A DNA stretch of 64,000 bases from Mobula hypostoma (lineage: Eukaryota). The notes under the pieces were generated by a model that saw nothing but the letters and a program-made list of their open reading frames with translations, was not told the origin of the DNA and did not search any database. Shown piece after piece: positions 12,975 through 26,935 of this stretch (its first letter is position 1; each line of letters starts with the position of its first letter). The DNA lies in contig NC_086097.1 of NCBI RefSeq assembly GCF_963921235.1, positions 69,814,001 through 69,878,000 on the forward strand, written 5' to 3'. Both the position numbers and the translations under genes were made by a program.

Positions 12975-15900
12975 CTTTCTTTTTCAATTTTTTTATTAGT
13001 TTCATAAAATATAAACATAACATAGCAATAATACAAAATTGTTGGAGATACATCGTTATACTTAAAATGAGTAATTATAAAACCAAATAGTATAAATTGA
13101 CAAAACTCCCAATCATGTAGGATAACAATGAATAATACAGGACAAAAAAAAAACTGGAGAAAAAACATGAAAAAGAAAAAAAAATAGGAAAAAAACAAAA
13201 CCCACCCCCCCAAAAAAAGTAAACTAAACAGAATTAGTCAACTAAACTAAAAAGACTTGGGCAATTCTGACAACTTAAAAATGGAAAAGAAGAAAACCTT
13301 AGTGTTGACGACTCCATTCCTCTCAACCAACAGTACAGCGAAGTAAAATAAGTTTGGAAATGGTCAAATTACATAATATGAAAATGCTGAATAAATGGCC
13401 TCCAAGTTTTTTCAAATTTAATGGCAGGGTCATAAACCCACACCTCTAATTTTTTCCAAATTCAAATACAACATAGTTTGTGAAAACCAGTGAAATACAG
13501 TAGGAGGGTTAATCTCTTTCCAATTCAGCAAAATAGATCTTCTAGCCATTAAAGTAAGAAATGCAATCATCCAGCATGCTGAAGAAGTTAAATGATTTGA
13601 GTCTATCATTGGTAATCCAAAAATAGCAGTAATTGGGTGAGGTTGTAAGTCTATTCAAAACCATTGAAATAATATCAAAAATATCTTTCCAATATTTTTC
13701 CAACAAAGGACATGACCAAAACATGTGAGTTAAAGAAGCTATCTCGCAATGACATCTGTCACATATTGGATTAATATAAGAATAATAACAAGATAGTTTA
13801 TCTTTGGACATATGAGCCCTGTGCACTACTTTAAACTGTATCAACACATGTTTAGCACATAAAGAGGATGAATTAATCAATTGAAGGATTTTTTCCCATT
13901 TTTCAATCGGTATAATAATCTTAAGTTCTCTTTCCCAACCATTTTTAATTTTATTAGAAACATCAGGACATAAATTCATAATTATGTTATAAATAATTGC
14001 TACAACACTTTTCTGAGAGAGATTTAGATCTAAAATTTTTTCCAAAGTATCCATTGGATATGAGTGTGGAAAATTAGGAGAAGCAGTAATTAAAAAGTTT
14101 CTAATCTGTAGGTATCTAAAAAAGTGAGATCTGGGTAAATTATATTTATTAGAAAGTTGATCAAAAGACATGAAACAATTATCCAAAAATAAATCACGAA
14201 AACGTACTATACCTTTGGTTTTCCAATCAAAGTAAGCTTGATCTACAGTGGAAGGTTGAAAAAGGAAATTAGATATAATAGGACTTGCTAAAATAAATTG
14301 ATTGAACCCAAAAAATCTTCGGAATTGAAACCATATACGTAAAGTATGCTTAACTATTGGATTATTCATTTGTTTATACAATTTAGAAGAAATAAAAGGA
14401 AGCGAAGTTCCTAAAACCGAACCCAAAAAAGACCCTTGTAATGAATTACATTCAAGATTTACCCAATGTGGATTTAAAGATACATCCAGATCTCGTAACC
14501 AAAATTTTAAGTGTTGAATATTAATTGCCCAATAATAAAATCTAAAATTCGGGAGGGTGAGCCCCCCCTCCCTCTTTTTTAGGTTTCTGTAAATACCTTT
14601 TACCTAGCCTAGGATTTTTGTTCTGCCATATTTATGAGGAAATTTTTGAATCAACATTATCGAAAAAAGATTTTGGGATAAAAATTGGAACCGATTGAAA
14701 TACATATAGAAATTTAGGCAAAATAATCATCTTAATAGCATTAATCTGATCAATCAAAGACAAAGAAATTGGTGACCATTTAGTAAACAAAAGTTTAATC
14801 TGATCAATTAAAGGTAAAAAATTAGCTTTAAATAAGTCTTTATACTTTTTCGTAATTATTATCCCTAAATATATAAATGAGTCAGTAACCAATTTAAATG
14901 GTAAACATCCATAAATAGATACCTGCTTACTTAGGGGAAATAATTCACTCTTATTAAGATCCAATTTGTAGCCAGAAAAATTACTAAATTGAGCCAACAA
15001 AGCTCGAATAGCAGGAATTGACTTCTCCGGATTAGAGATATATAATAACAAATCATTTGCATATAGTGATAATTTATGTATTTCGTTTCCGCGAGTAATA
15101 CCAAAAATATTGGGCGAGTCACGGATAGCAGTTGCTAAAGGTTCAAGGGCGATATTAAATAGTAAAGGACTAAGAGGGTATCCTTGCCTAGTACCACGAA
15201 AAAGACGAAAAAAGGGAGATCTTTGATTATTAGTACAAACCGAAGCTACTGGGGAATAATATAACAATTTAATCCAAGATATAAATGTCAAACTAAAATT
15301 AAATTTCTCAAGCACACTAAATAAATAAGGCCATTCAACTCTGTCAAAGGCTTTCTCAGCATCTAATGAGATAATACATTCCAGGGTAATAAGTGAAGGA
15401 GTATAAACAATATTCATTAACCTCCTAATATTAAAGGATGAATAACAATTTTTAATAAATTCAGTTTGGTCCGTAGATATAATTTGAGGTATTACCTTCT
15501 CTAACCCAGTTGCTAAAATTTTTGAAAAAATTCTTGAATCTACATTCAAAAGAGATATCGGTCTGTATGATGCATAATCAGTAGAATCTTTATTCTTTTT
15601 AAGAATTAAGGAAATAGAGGCTTCATAAAATGATTGTGGTAATTTACCTAAACTGATTGCTTCTTTGAATATTCTAGACAACCACGGAGAGAGAATAGAG
15701 GAAAAGGATTTTAAAAAATTCCACTGTAAACCCGTCCGGACCGGGTGCTTTACCAGAATTCAATGATGAGATTGCAGTTATTATTTCTTCCTCTGTAATA
15801 GGAGTTTCTAATGATAAGCAATCTTCGGGTGATAATTTCGGAAAATTCAGTTTACTTAAAAAATCATGGTGTTAAAATCATGAGGAAACTCAGAGTGATA

Positions 15901-18900
15901 TAAAGAGGTATAAAATTCTTGAAAGGTTTTGTTTATCCCATCATGATCAACTGTCAAAGTATCATCGTGTTTGCGAATCTTAGTAATTTGATGTTTAACT
16001 GAAGCAAATTTCAATTGATTAGCCAATAATTTACCTGATTTACCACTATGAATATAAAAATCACTTCTAGTTCTCATTAACTGATTTTCAATCGAGGATG
16101 TTAATAGTAAGCTATGTTCCAATTGAAGTTCAACTCTGTGTTTGTACAGCTCCTTACTGGGAGAAATAGCGTATTTTTTTTTTATCAATTTCTTTTATCA
16201 AGCAACAAGAGTATTTCATTCTTAGCACGTTTTTTCAAACCAGCCGAATAGGAAATAATCTGACCACAGATATAAGCTTTAAAAACGTCCCAAACTGTTC
16301 GATTGGAAACTTCTTCCGTAGTATTAATTGAAAAGAAGAAATCAATCTGTCCGTTTTTTAACTTGAGAAAGTCCAAGTCTTGAAGCCAAATAGGGTTAAA
16401 TCGCCATTGTCTATTACGACAAGAAGTATCCATTAACTTGATACATTGGAGCATGATCTGAAATGGTGATAATGTCATAATTACAATCAATTACAGGTGG
16501 GATTAATCGAGAGTCAATAAAAAAATAGTCAATTCGAGAATAAGAACGATGAACATGTGAAAAGAACGAGAATTCTTTATCCTCTGGGTGTAGAAATCTC
16601 CAAATTTCTGAAATCCCAGAATCAAACATAAAAGAGTTAATAAGAGTAGCCGACTTATTCGGTAAAGCCGGACTACCTATGGATCTGTCCAACATGGGAT
16701 TCAAACATAAATTACAGTCACCGCCCATTATCAACATATACTCGTTTAAGTTAGGAAAGGAAGTGAATATGTGTTTAAAAAATTCAGGATAATCCACATT
16801 CGGAGCATAAACATTAACCATAGCAACCTTTTTATTAAAAAGTAACCCAGTGATTAACAAAAATCTGCCATTAGGATCTGAGGTAATGTCTTGATGAATA
16901 AATGTAATTGAGGGATCGATAAAAATTGAAACGCCATTAATTTTGGCTTGGGAATTTGAGTGGTATTGATGGTCTTTCCAGAACTTAAAGAAGCGTTGAT
17001 TATCCTCTTTCCTTACATGAGTTTCTTGTGCAAAAATAATATGAGTATTCGGTCTTTGGAATACTTTGAAGATCTTTTTCCGTTTTATTGGATGGTTTAA
17101 ACCATTTGTATTCCAAGAGACAAAATTAAAGATGTGAGCCATAATTTAAGATGAACCCTTTGATGAGTGAAGGGTTAACCATAATGTGAACCCATGAAAC
17201 CGGAAGAGGAATACATTATCAGAGAGGAACCGGAAACCCCGACACTGCAGACATCTTTGTAGTACTAAATCAGCCCAATAGAAAAAATTAAAAAAGAAAG
17301 AGTCCCCCACCCACCATCCCCAAGAACCCCGAACTAAGCCAGAAAAGGCTGAAGAAAGAACTAACTAATACTAAATCTAACCCCATTTCTGCAGGAGGCA
17401 ACTCCAAAGATGTATGTTATATAGATGACCCCCTGAAAACTGATATGTATTAAAAAAAATTAAACACTATACTAAAATAATCTACATAGTATAATTACTG
17501 ATACATAAATAAGAAAAAGTTAGTATCAATATGTATGATTAGTTAATTATAAATGAGAGTAAATAAAATATCGCTTCCAAAATAAAAGGGGATTATGGGA
17601 AGAAGAAACATAAGAACATGACGTCCCAAAAAGAACACAGGAGATTATGCAAAAAGAAAAACAAATCGCCATTTTAATTGTACAGAAACAAAAATAAAGA
17701 ACATATAACTGAAAATGATCGTCAGATCAAATTGTTAGTAATAATATCAGAAAACAAAAAGTTAAGGAAAAATTAACTCAAAGAAAGTAACGTTATTCGC
17801 AAGAAATAACTATTATATAAGTTGTAAAGTAATAACTATAGTAGTAAGCGCAAAACAAAAATCTTGAGCTTATAAAAAATCTTCATCGTACGGTAGTAGA
17901 AGGTTTATTTTTTTTAAAAAAAAACACCAGAAAAAAAAGCTGATACTGAGAGCACAGAACATTAATTAAAGGGTGGTGTCTGCATCACATGGGTAGTTAT
18001 CATCCAAAGAGCTTCAAGCGGCAGTTATGGAATGGAAGACGCGAGGAGATCCATCAGGAAGAGAAATTCTTAGACGTGCAGGATACAATAATGCCGGTTT
18101 GAGATTTTTTTGATAACATTCTGACATCAGAGGTTTAAAAGTCAGTCGCTCCTTCTTCACTTCGGGACTGTAATCTTGAACTATCCTGAAGGAATGCTGG
18201 CGATACTTGATCATCCCTTGCCGACGAGCAGTCTGGAGAAGCCTTTAACATTAACATAATGGAAACAAAGAATAATTGGTCTCAGTTTGGATACAGCCGA
18301 TGTTTACTTTGGCCCCGGTATACGGTGGGCACGGTCAAGTAATGGAGGCTCGTTGGGAAAAACTGAACTGAACGTATCCTTTAAAAGTTGAGCAAAGAAT
18401 ATTGAAGGGTCTCCATCCTCAACATCCTCAGGTAGACCAATTATATGTAAGTTTTGTCTTCTCGGTCGATTTTCAAGAGCGATGACTTTGGATTTAAAAT
18501 GTTGCAGTTGTTTAATAGTCGAAGCTAAATTCTGCTCTAAGTTCTCAACTTTTGAATCCATCTTCTGAGATTTAATATCCAGTTCAGAGATTTTACTTCG
18601 GTGTTTTTGAACTTCACAATCCAGGGATTTCAGAGATTCCGTGATTGATTTTAAATCTTCATTAAGGCTTTGACGTTGTTGTTCCAATTTATCAGATAAA
18701 CTTTCAGATAGATTTTGACGTTGTTCCTCGAACTTTTCCTCTAGAAACTTCATCATAACCTCATAAGATAGCTCCGTTTGTTTAGAGTCACCTTTTCTTT
18801 TTCCTCCGTTCCCGTCAGAATCTTTCCCATCTTTGGCTTTGGATCTTGTACTCATTTCTTTAAATTCCAGAGTTGCAATTTAAGAAAAAATCAGTAAGAT

Positions 18901-19024
18901 AGAATAAATCTTCTGGTGTGGATAAAAATTGATTAGATCAAGGAGATCATAGGTTAAAAAAGATAACGGGAGTGGAGCGAAGCCAGAAGCGACTTCACTC
19001 CATGAGCGCTCCCTGCAGAATCCA
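12975..19024 (-). mobile_element. Full-length, inactivated L1-clade LINE (L1-a)
   Basis: ORF1 18855 to about 18014 (LENRPRRQNL coiled-coil/RRM type, disrupted). ORF2 17142 to about 13400 in frameshifted pieces: APE domain SWNTNGLN..YSRID, RT with QGYPLSP and YAND, CDRC..H..C knuckle. TSD ACATTTCTTT at 12965-12974 / 19025-19034. Confidence 0.92.
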
Positions 19025-19029
19025 ACATT

Positions 19030-19750
19030 TCTTTTTCAATATTTTTATTAATCACTTGCATAGACGAGTACAAAATACATTATGATATTATGGAAATAGA
19101 AACAAGATCGAAATGCCCCATAACTATGTATAGTAAATTAACCATAATATTGAAAAGGTATATTTTATTCTAATCTAAAGCAAAATCAAAACCCCATAAC
19201 AAAACAAAAAAAAGAGGAAAGAAACAGCTGTTTGGTTAAAAGAAAAGAAAAAAATCTGACCTCTAGTCGTAAATTCAACATATAATAACCATCATCATTG
19301 CTGAACAAGTCAAATTGTGAAAGTAGTTCCAAAAAGGTCCCCATAATGTGAAAAAATCTTGTCTAGGTATAGAAATAGAACACCTAATGTTCTCTAGATT
19401 TAAACATGACATAACATCAATCAACCAATGAGCATGAGTAGGCGGAGCGGCATCTTTCCATTTAAGCAACAGAACTCTTCTGGCAAAAAGAGAAATCAAA
19501 GCCAAAATATGCAAATTATTCGGCTTAAGAATAAAATCATTTCCACCAACAATGCCAAACAAGGCAGTCAGAAGATTGGGTTTAAAGTTTACTTTAGAAA
19601 GCTCTGAGAAAATTTGAAATACTTCTTTCCAAACTTTATCAAGCCGCAGGCAGGACCAAAGGATATGAATTAGAGAGGCCTCTTCGACATTACACCTATT
19701 ACAGTATAGAGAAAAATCTGAGTAAAAATGAGAGAGCTTATCTTTAGTGA
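19030..19750 (-). mobile_element. 5'-truncated L1 3' fragment (a third subfamily)
   Basis: ORF 19275-19562 is an L1 ORF2 C-terminus (LLKWK..PP..W..LE..R); A-rich 3' UTR and AATAAA on the minus strand. Confidence 0.8.
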
Positions 19751-19920
19751 ATCTCTTGAGTTTCTGTTGTTACTCTTGTGTTGGTCTTGGGTGACAGAAG
19801 TAGTAGATTAGGCACTTGGTCAGTTCAACAAACATTAGTACCTATCAGTCAATGTCGAGGTATGTAAAAAGAGCTACAGGATGGCAATTGAGACTTTAAG
19901 GGAGGAATTTTGTGGCATTC

Positions 19921-20170
19921 TCTCTGAGTTGAGGAGCAACTAATCAGCAAGAGGCGACAGGTAAAAGGAGCTACCTTTCAGTCTGGTCTGTGTTCAAGAT
20001 GTAAAAAGCAGAGCTCTGAGTTGGACAATCAACGTCAGGGGTGCGTAAGAGGAGCTGCCTTTCAGTCAGGTCGGTGTTCAAGTTTAAAAAGCAGAGCTTT
20101 GTGGCAGGATTCTCTGAGTTGAACAATCAACGTCAGGGGTGCATAAAAAGAACCACTTTTTAATCAGGAC
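19921..20170 (+). repeat. About 3 imperfect tandem units (about 80-95 bp) in the putative CR1 5' UTR
   Basis: Recurring 'ctctgagttg..caatcaacgtcaggggtgc' and 'ggagct.cctttcagtc.ggtc.gtgttcaag'. Confidence 0.65.
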
Positions 20171-20384
20171 TGCGATAGAGATTTTGTAAGGCCGACTCTA
20201 CCGGGGGGTGGGGGGGGGGAGCCATAATGTTCGGGTCTCTAATACTGAGTGCTGTGGCCCAGAAAGCAGGCTCATCGGGCTTGGGTGATGTAAAATATCT
20301 CGTAAGTTACTCTCTCTCTGTTCTTATTTGTTCATTCCTCATCTGTTAAGGCACAGTAGTTTAGTGAACATTGCTCTAGGGGCA

Positions 20385-20623
20385 AACAACAGGAATTCTG
20401 CAGATGCTGGAAATTCAAGCAACATACATCAAAGTTGCTGGTGAACGCAGCAGGCCAAGCAGCATCTATAGGAAGAGGCGCAGTCGACGTTTCAGGCCGA
20501 GACCCTTCGTCAGGACTAACTGAAGGAAGTCTCCTGAGGAAGGGTCTCGGCCTGAAACGTCGACTGCGCCTCTTCCTATAGATGCTGCTTGACCTGCTGC
20601 ATTCACCAGCAACTTTGATGTAT
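20385..20623 (-). mobile_element. Short Penelope-like fold-back insertion
   Basis: 98-bp arms (20418-20515 / 20532-20629), tail on the left, TSD ATTGCTC(T/C)AGGGGCA (20370-20384 / 20624-20638). Confidence 0.87.
20481..20518 (-). ncRNA. Minimal type I hammerhead ribozyme motif
   Basis: UAGUC-CUGACGA-AGGGUCUCGGCCU-GAAAC-GUC^GACUG, intact. Confidence 0.75.
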
Positions 20624-21817
20624 ATTGCTCCAGGGGCAGTGTTTTATACTGTATATGGGATGTGAGAAGTCTGGGAGTTGCAGCTCATGAGAGAATGTAT
20701 TAGGAACTGGAATTGCAGCTCCATGACCTTCGACTAATACGGGAGAGTGAGGAAATGATAGACAGGAGCTATAGGGAGGTAGTTACCCCTAGATTGCAGG
20801 AGCCAGATAACTGGGTGACCGTCAGGAGAAGCAGGGGAAATGCACCATCAGTGCAGAGTATATTTGTGGCCGTTCCCCTCAATAATAACAATTATGCAAC
20901 TTTAGGTACTGTTGAGAGGCACAACCTACTCGGGTGAGCCACAGCGACCAGGTCTCTGGCACTGACTCAGGCGCTGTGGCCCAGAAGAGCAGAGGTGAAG
21001 AGGACTAGTGCTGATAGCATATTCCTTAGAGGAACAGAGACAAGGTTCTGTGGGTGCGATCGAGACACCCCGATGGTATGTTGTCTTCCTGGTGCCAGGA
21101 TCAGGGATGTCTTGGATCGAGTCCATGGCATTCTCAAGGATAAGAGTGGGCAGCCAGAAATCTTGGTACATATTGGCACCAACGACATAGGTAGACAAGG
21201 TGAGGAGGTCTTGAAGAGAGATTTTAGGAAGCTAGGTAGAAAGCTGAGAAACAGAACCTCCAGGGTATTAATCTCTGGATTGCTGTGTGTGCCGTGTGCC
21301 ATGTGCCAGTGAGGTTAAGAATAGGATGATTTGGTAGGTGACTGCATGACTGAGGAACTGGTGCAAGGGGCAGGGGCTCAAATTTATGGATCAATGAGAT
21401 CTCTTCTTGGGAAGGTATGACTTGCGCAGAAGAAATGGGTTACACATGAACCAGAGGGGTCCAATATCCTTGCTGGCGGGTTCGCTGGAGTTATTCAGGT
21501 GGGTTTAAACTAATTTGACAATGTGATGGGAACCGGAGTGATAGTGCAGAAGATGAGGAAGTTGGTTGACAAACAAAAGCAATATGTGGTGAGATTCATA
21601 GCAAGGAGAGGTTGGTGATAGGGCAAAACAGGATGAGTTGTGACGTAAAAGGCGGACAAAATCAAAAAGGGTGAATACAGAACTGAAGGTGTTATATTTG
21701 AATGCATGCAGTATATGGAATAAGGTAGATGAACTTGTGGCACAGTAATAGGTTGGCATGTATGATGATGTAGGCATCAGTGAATCATGGTTGAAAAAAT
21801 ATCATAGCTGGGAGCTT

Positions 21818-22107
21818 GGGGCCGGCTGGTGACATCTATGACATCAGCGCTGGACTCCGGAACGAAGGTTCCCAGGTTCAAACCCAGTCAGGGCCGCTCC
21901 CGAGTACGCTTTCCATCCGTGCCAGGTTGAGTGTCGAGATCGCAACTCGACCTCGTAAAATAAAGGGGAAAATACTGCGAAATGTCTGTTTGAGGAGTGG
22001 CACGCCACCAATCTCTCTCTTGCTCCGTGCCTTGTAAAGGCATGAAAAAAGACATCGTCCCGCCAACATCACACATGCATGCGCATGCCAAACAAAAAGG
22101 AAAAAAA
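21818..22107 (+). mobile_element. tRNA-derived SINE with A-rich tail
   Basis: B-box GGTTCAAACCC; 14-bp TSD ATAGCTGGGAGCTT (21804-21817 / 22108-22121). Confidence 0.85.
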
Positions 22108-22559
22108 ATAGCTGGGAGCTTAATCTCCAAAGATGCACATTATATCAAATGGACGGGCAGGTATGCACAGGGAGTGGCGTTGCTCTGTTGGTAAAAAAAA
22201 ATTAAATCATTAAATTTTGCCAAGGAACTGCAAGGGTAAAAAGACCCTGATGGGAGTTGTATGCAGACCCCCAAGCAGTGGTAAAAATGTGGTGTACAAA
22301 TTACAACAGGAGGTAGAAAATGCATGCCAAAAGGGCAATATTACAATAGTCGTGGGGTATTTCAATATACAGGTAGATTGGGAAATTGAGGTTGGCGCTG
22401 GATTCCAAGAGGGGGAATTTCTAGAGTGCCTCTGAGGTAGCTTTTTAGAGCAGCTTGTCATTGAGCCCACAAGGGGATCAGCTATTCTCAATTTGGTGTT
22501 GTGCAATAAACTGGACTTGATTAGAGAGCTTAAGGTAAAAGAAACCTTAGAGACAAGTA

Positions 22560-24071
22560 CAGGTGTCCCCCGCTTTTTGAACGTTCGCTTTATGAAACCT
22601 CACTGTTATGAAAGACCTACATTAGTTACCTGTTTTTGCTAACAGAAGGTGTTTTCACTGTTACGAAAAAAGGCAGCGCGTGAAAAGAAAAACAACGCGC
22701 GCCCCGAGCAGCCGCTCTCCCCCCGGATTCGGAACGGCATTCTAGCCGGCATTGCTTAAACACGTGCCTATGAGCATCTGTGCTTTATGTCGATTTATTT
22801 TGAGCATCCGTTTGCAAGATGAGTTCTAAGGTATCGGAAAAGCCTAAAAGAGCTTGTAAGGGTGTTACACTTAGCTTAAAACTAGACATAATTAAGCGTT
22901 TCGATCGTGGTGAACGAAGTAAGGACAAAGTGAGTTTGGCTTGTGGAAGTTGATGAAGATGATGTTGAAGAGGTTTTGGCATCCCATGAACAAGAACTGA
23001 CAGATGAAGAGCTGATGCAATTGGAAAAGGAAAGGATAACAATTGAAACCGAATGCTGTAGCGAACAGATCGAAAGTGAAGTCGTCCAGGAACTGAACGT
23101 GAAGCAACTGCGTGTGATTTTTGCTGCAATGATAAAGTACGACTTTAATTCTGAAAGGGTACGTTGGTTTAGGGCATATTTGCAGGATGATTTGAGTGCT
23201 TACAAAGAACTGTATGTTAGAAAAATGTGCAAGGCTAGCAGTCAAGCATACTGTCGTTTTTCAAGCCTTCCACATCAGCCACAGCAGACGACGAACCTCG
23301 ATCTTCGACATCAAGGCAGGCAGACATAGAAGAAGACGACCTGCCTGCCCTGATCGACGATGAGATGACACCCCGCCCGGCACGTAAATGTCAGCCCAGA
23401 TTAGAGGTGATGCAATCGGCTCTGATCTGGGCCGACGTTTACGTGCCAAGCGGCACCTAATTAATTAGCTTGTTTATTTTGACTTTTTTCTTAAAGATGT
23501 GCTGGGTGCGTCCCGGCAGTCGCTGTACCCCTGCGTGCTTCGCGGATCAGTATCAGTTCGCTGTCCGGAGGGTGGGGACCACTGCACCACCCCAACCTCC
23601 GACGACGCAGCCTAACACACCATCATCAGTGTGCTCTGCGCTGTCTTCCTGATTTCTGTAAGTGATACTACACTGTATATACATTATTTCTACTTTATAT
23701 CGGCTGTGTATTTTTATGCATTATTTGGTATGATTTGGCAGCTACAGAGTTTAATGATTACTGGAGAGTGTTTTTGCCGAGAGCGCTTGCCTGAGATTTT
23801 CTGCCGAGAGTGCTTGCACTGTGTTTCTGTCAAGAGCGCTTGAGTGAGATTTTCGCTACAGAGATTGTATCATTCCTGCTTTTACTATATTTTACTGTTA
23901 TTTTAGGTTTTATGTGTTATTTGGCATGATTTGGTAGGTTATTTTTGGGTCTGCGAATGCTCACAGATTTCTCCCATGTAAGTAAATGGTAATTGCTTCT
24001 TTGCTTTACAACATTCCAGCTTACGAACTGTTTCATAGGAACTCTCTACCTTTGGATGGTGGGGAAACCTG
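22560..24071 (+). mobile_element. Tigger/pogo-type DNA transposon, internally deleted
   Basis: TA-flanked CAGGTGTCCCC...GGGGAAACCTG termini. Transposase N-terminus (MSSKVSEKPKRA..TLSLKLDIIKRFDRGE) is fused to a C-terminal piece (EEVLASHEQELTDEELMQLE); no DDE core. Confidence 0.88.
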
Positions 24072-24628
24072 TAATTATAATATGATCAAATTCACTCTGA
24101 AATTTGAGAAGGAGCAGCTAAAGTCAGATGTATCAGTATTACAGGGAATTACAGAGGCATGGGAGAGGAGTTGACTAGAATTGATTAGAAAGGAACACTG
24201 ATGGCAGATCAGCAGTGGATGAATTTTCTAGAAGCAATTTGGAAGGCACTGGATATATACATCCCAAAGAGGAAGAAGTATTCTAAAGACACGATGATTA
24301 ATCGTGGCTAAAACATAGAACATAGAATAGTACAGCACAGTACAGGTCCTTCGGCCCACATTGTTGTGCCGACCCTCAAACCCTGCCTGCCATATAACCC
24401 CCCACCTTAAATTCCTCCATATACCTGTCTAGTAGTCTCTTAAATTTCACTAGTGTATCTGCCTCCACCACTGACTCAGGCAGTGCATTCCACGCACTAA
24501 CCACTCTCTGAGTAAAAAACCTTCCTCTAATATCCCCCTTGAACTTCCCACCCCTTACCTTAAAGCCATGTCCCCTTGTATTGAGCAGTGGTGCCCTGGG
24601 AAAGAGGCACTGGCTATCCACTCTATCT

Positions 24629-24940
24629 GTAATGTAGGCATCCATTAGTCTTGCGAGACCATGGATCTGCGCCTGGAAAGTCTTCACTATCCAGGGCGCA
24701 GGCCTGGGCAAGGTTGTATGGAAGACCAGCAGTTGCCCATGCTGCAAGTCTCCCCTCTCCGCGACACCGATGATGTCCAAGGGAAGGGCATTAGGACCCA
24801 TACAGCTTGGTACCAGTGTCACCACAGAGCACTGTGTGATTAAGTGCCTTGCTTAGGGACATAGCACGCTGCCTCGGCTGGGGCTTGAACTCACAACCTT
24901 CAGATCACTAGTCGAATGCCTTAACCACTTGTCCACGTGC
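24629..24940 (-). mobile_element. tRNA-derived SINE
   Basis: A-box TGGACAAGTGG and B-box GAGTTCAAGCC on the minus strand; 11-bp TSD CCACTCTATCT (24618-24628 / 24941-24951). Confidence 0.85.
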
Positions 24941-26935
24941 CCACTCTATCTATTCCTCTTAATATCTTGTATACCTCTATCATGTCTCCTCTCATCCTCC
25001 TCCTCTCCAAAGAGTAAAGACCAAGCTCTCTAAATCTCTGATCATAATCCATACTCTCTAAACCAGGCAGCAAACTGGTATATTTCTGCTGTACCCTTTT
25101 CAATGCTTCCACATCCTTCTTATAGTGAAGCGACCAGAACTGGACACAGTATTCCAAGTGTGGCCTAACCAGAGTTTTATAGAGTTGCATCATTACCTCA
25201 CAACTCTTAAACTCTATCCCTCGACTTATGAAAGCTAACACCCCATAAGCTTTCTTAACTACCCTATCCACCTGTGAGGCAACTTTCAGGGATCTGTGGA
25301 CATGTACCCCCAGATCCCTCTGCTCCTCCACACTACCAAGTATCCTGCCATTTACTTTGTACTCTGCCTTGGAGTTTGTCCTTCCAAAGTGAAGCTCCTC
25401 ACACTTCTCCGGGTTGAACTGCATCTACCACTTCTCAGCCCACTTCTGCATCCTATCAATGTCTCTCTGCAATCTTCGACAATCCTCTACACTATCTACA
25501 ACACCACAACCTTTGTGTCGTCTGCAAACTTGCCAACCCACCCTTCTACCCCCACATCCAGGTCGTTAATAAAAATCACGAAAAGTAAAGGTCCCAGAAC
25601 CGATCCTTGTGGGACACCACTAGTCACAATCCTCCAATCTGAATGTACTCCCTCCACCATGACCCTCTGCCTTCTGCAGGCAAGCCAATTCTGAATCCAC
25701 CTGGCCAAACTTCCCTGGATCCCATGCCTTCTGACTTTCTGAATAAGCCTACCATGTGGAACCTTGTCAAATGCCTTACTAAAATCCATGTAGATCACAT
25801 CCACTGCACTACCCTCATCTATATGCCTGGTCACCTCCTCAAAGAACTCTATCAGGCTTGTTAGACACAATCTGCCCTTCACAAAACCATGCTGATTGTC
25901 CCTGATCAGACCATGATTCTCTAAATGCCCAGAGATCCTATCTCTAAGAATCTTTTCCAATAGCTTTCCCACCATAGATGTAAGGCTTACTGGTCTATAA
26001 TTACCCACACTATCCCTACTACCTCTTTTGAACAAGGGGACAACATTCACCTCCCTCCAATCCTCTGGTACCATTCCCGTAGACAATGAGGACATAAAGA
26101 TCCTAGCCAGAGGCTCAGCAATCTCTTCCCTCGCCTCGTGGAGCAGCCTGGGGAATATTTCGTCAGGCCCCGGGGACTTATCCATCCTAATGTATTTTAA
26201 TAACTCCAACACCTCCTGTCCCATAATATCAACATACTCCAGGGCATCAACCTCACTCATATTGTCCTCACTGTCATCAAGTTCCCTCTCCTTGGTGAAC
26301 ACCGAAGAGAAGTATTCATTGAAGACCTTGCTCACTTCCACAGCCTCCAGGCACATCTTCCCACCTTTATCTCTAATCGGTCCTACTTTCACTCCTGTCA
26401 TCCTTTTGTTCTTCACATAATTGAAGAATGCCTTGGGGTTTTCTTTTACCTTACTCGCCAAGGCCTTCTCATGCCCCCTTCTTGCTCTTCTCAGCCCCCT
26501 CTTAAGCACCTTTCTTGCTACCCTATATTCCTCAATAAACCCATCTGATCCTTGCTTCCTAAACCTTGCTGCCTTCTTCCACCTGACTAGATTTTCCACC
26601 TCACTTGTCACCCGTGGTTCCTTTACCCTACCATTCTTTATCTTCCTCACCGGGACAAATGTATCCTGCATCCTGCAAGAGATCTCTAAACATTGACCAC
26701 ATGTCCATAGTACATTTCCCTGCAAAAACATCATCCCAATTTACACCCGCAAGTTCTAGCCTTATAGCCTCATAATTTGCTCTTCCCCAATTAAAAATTT
26801 TCCTGTCTTCTCTGATTCTATCGTTTTCCATGATAATGCTGGAGGCCAGGGAGTGGTGGTCACTGTCCCCCAGAAGCTCACCCACTGAGAGATCTGTGAC
26901 CTGATCTGGTTCGTAACCTAATACTAGATCTAGTA

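Noticed and set aside
12380..13213. Cluster of overlapping short ORFs
   Set aside because: No recognisable motifs; partly low-complexity L1 3' UTR.
19921..20170. Repeat-spacer pattern as a CRISPR array
   Set aside because: Eukaryotic context, long imperfect units, no unique spacers and no cas genes.
24870..24940. tRNA gene
   Set aside because: It is the head of a TSD-flanked SINE; no full cloverleaf.
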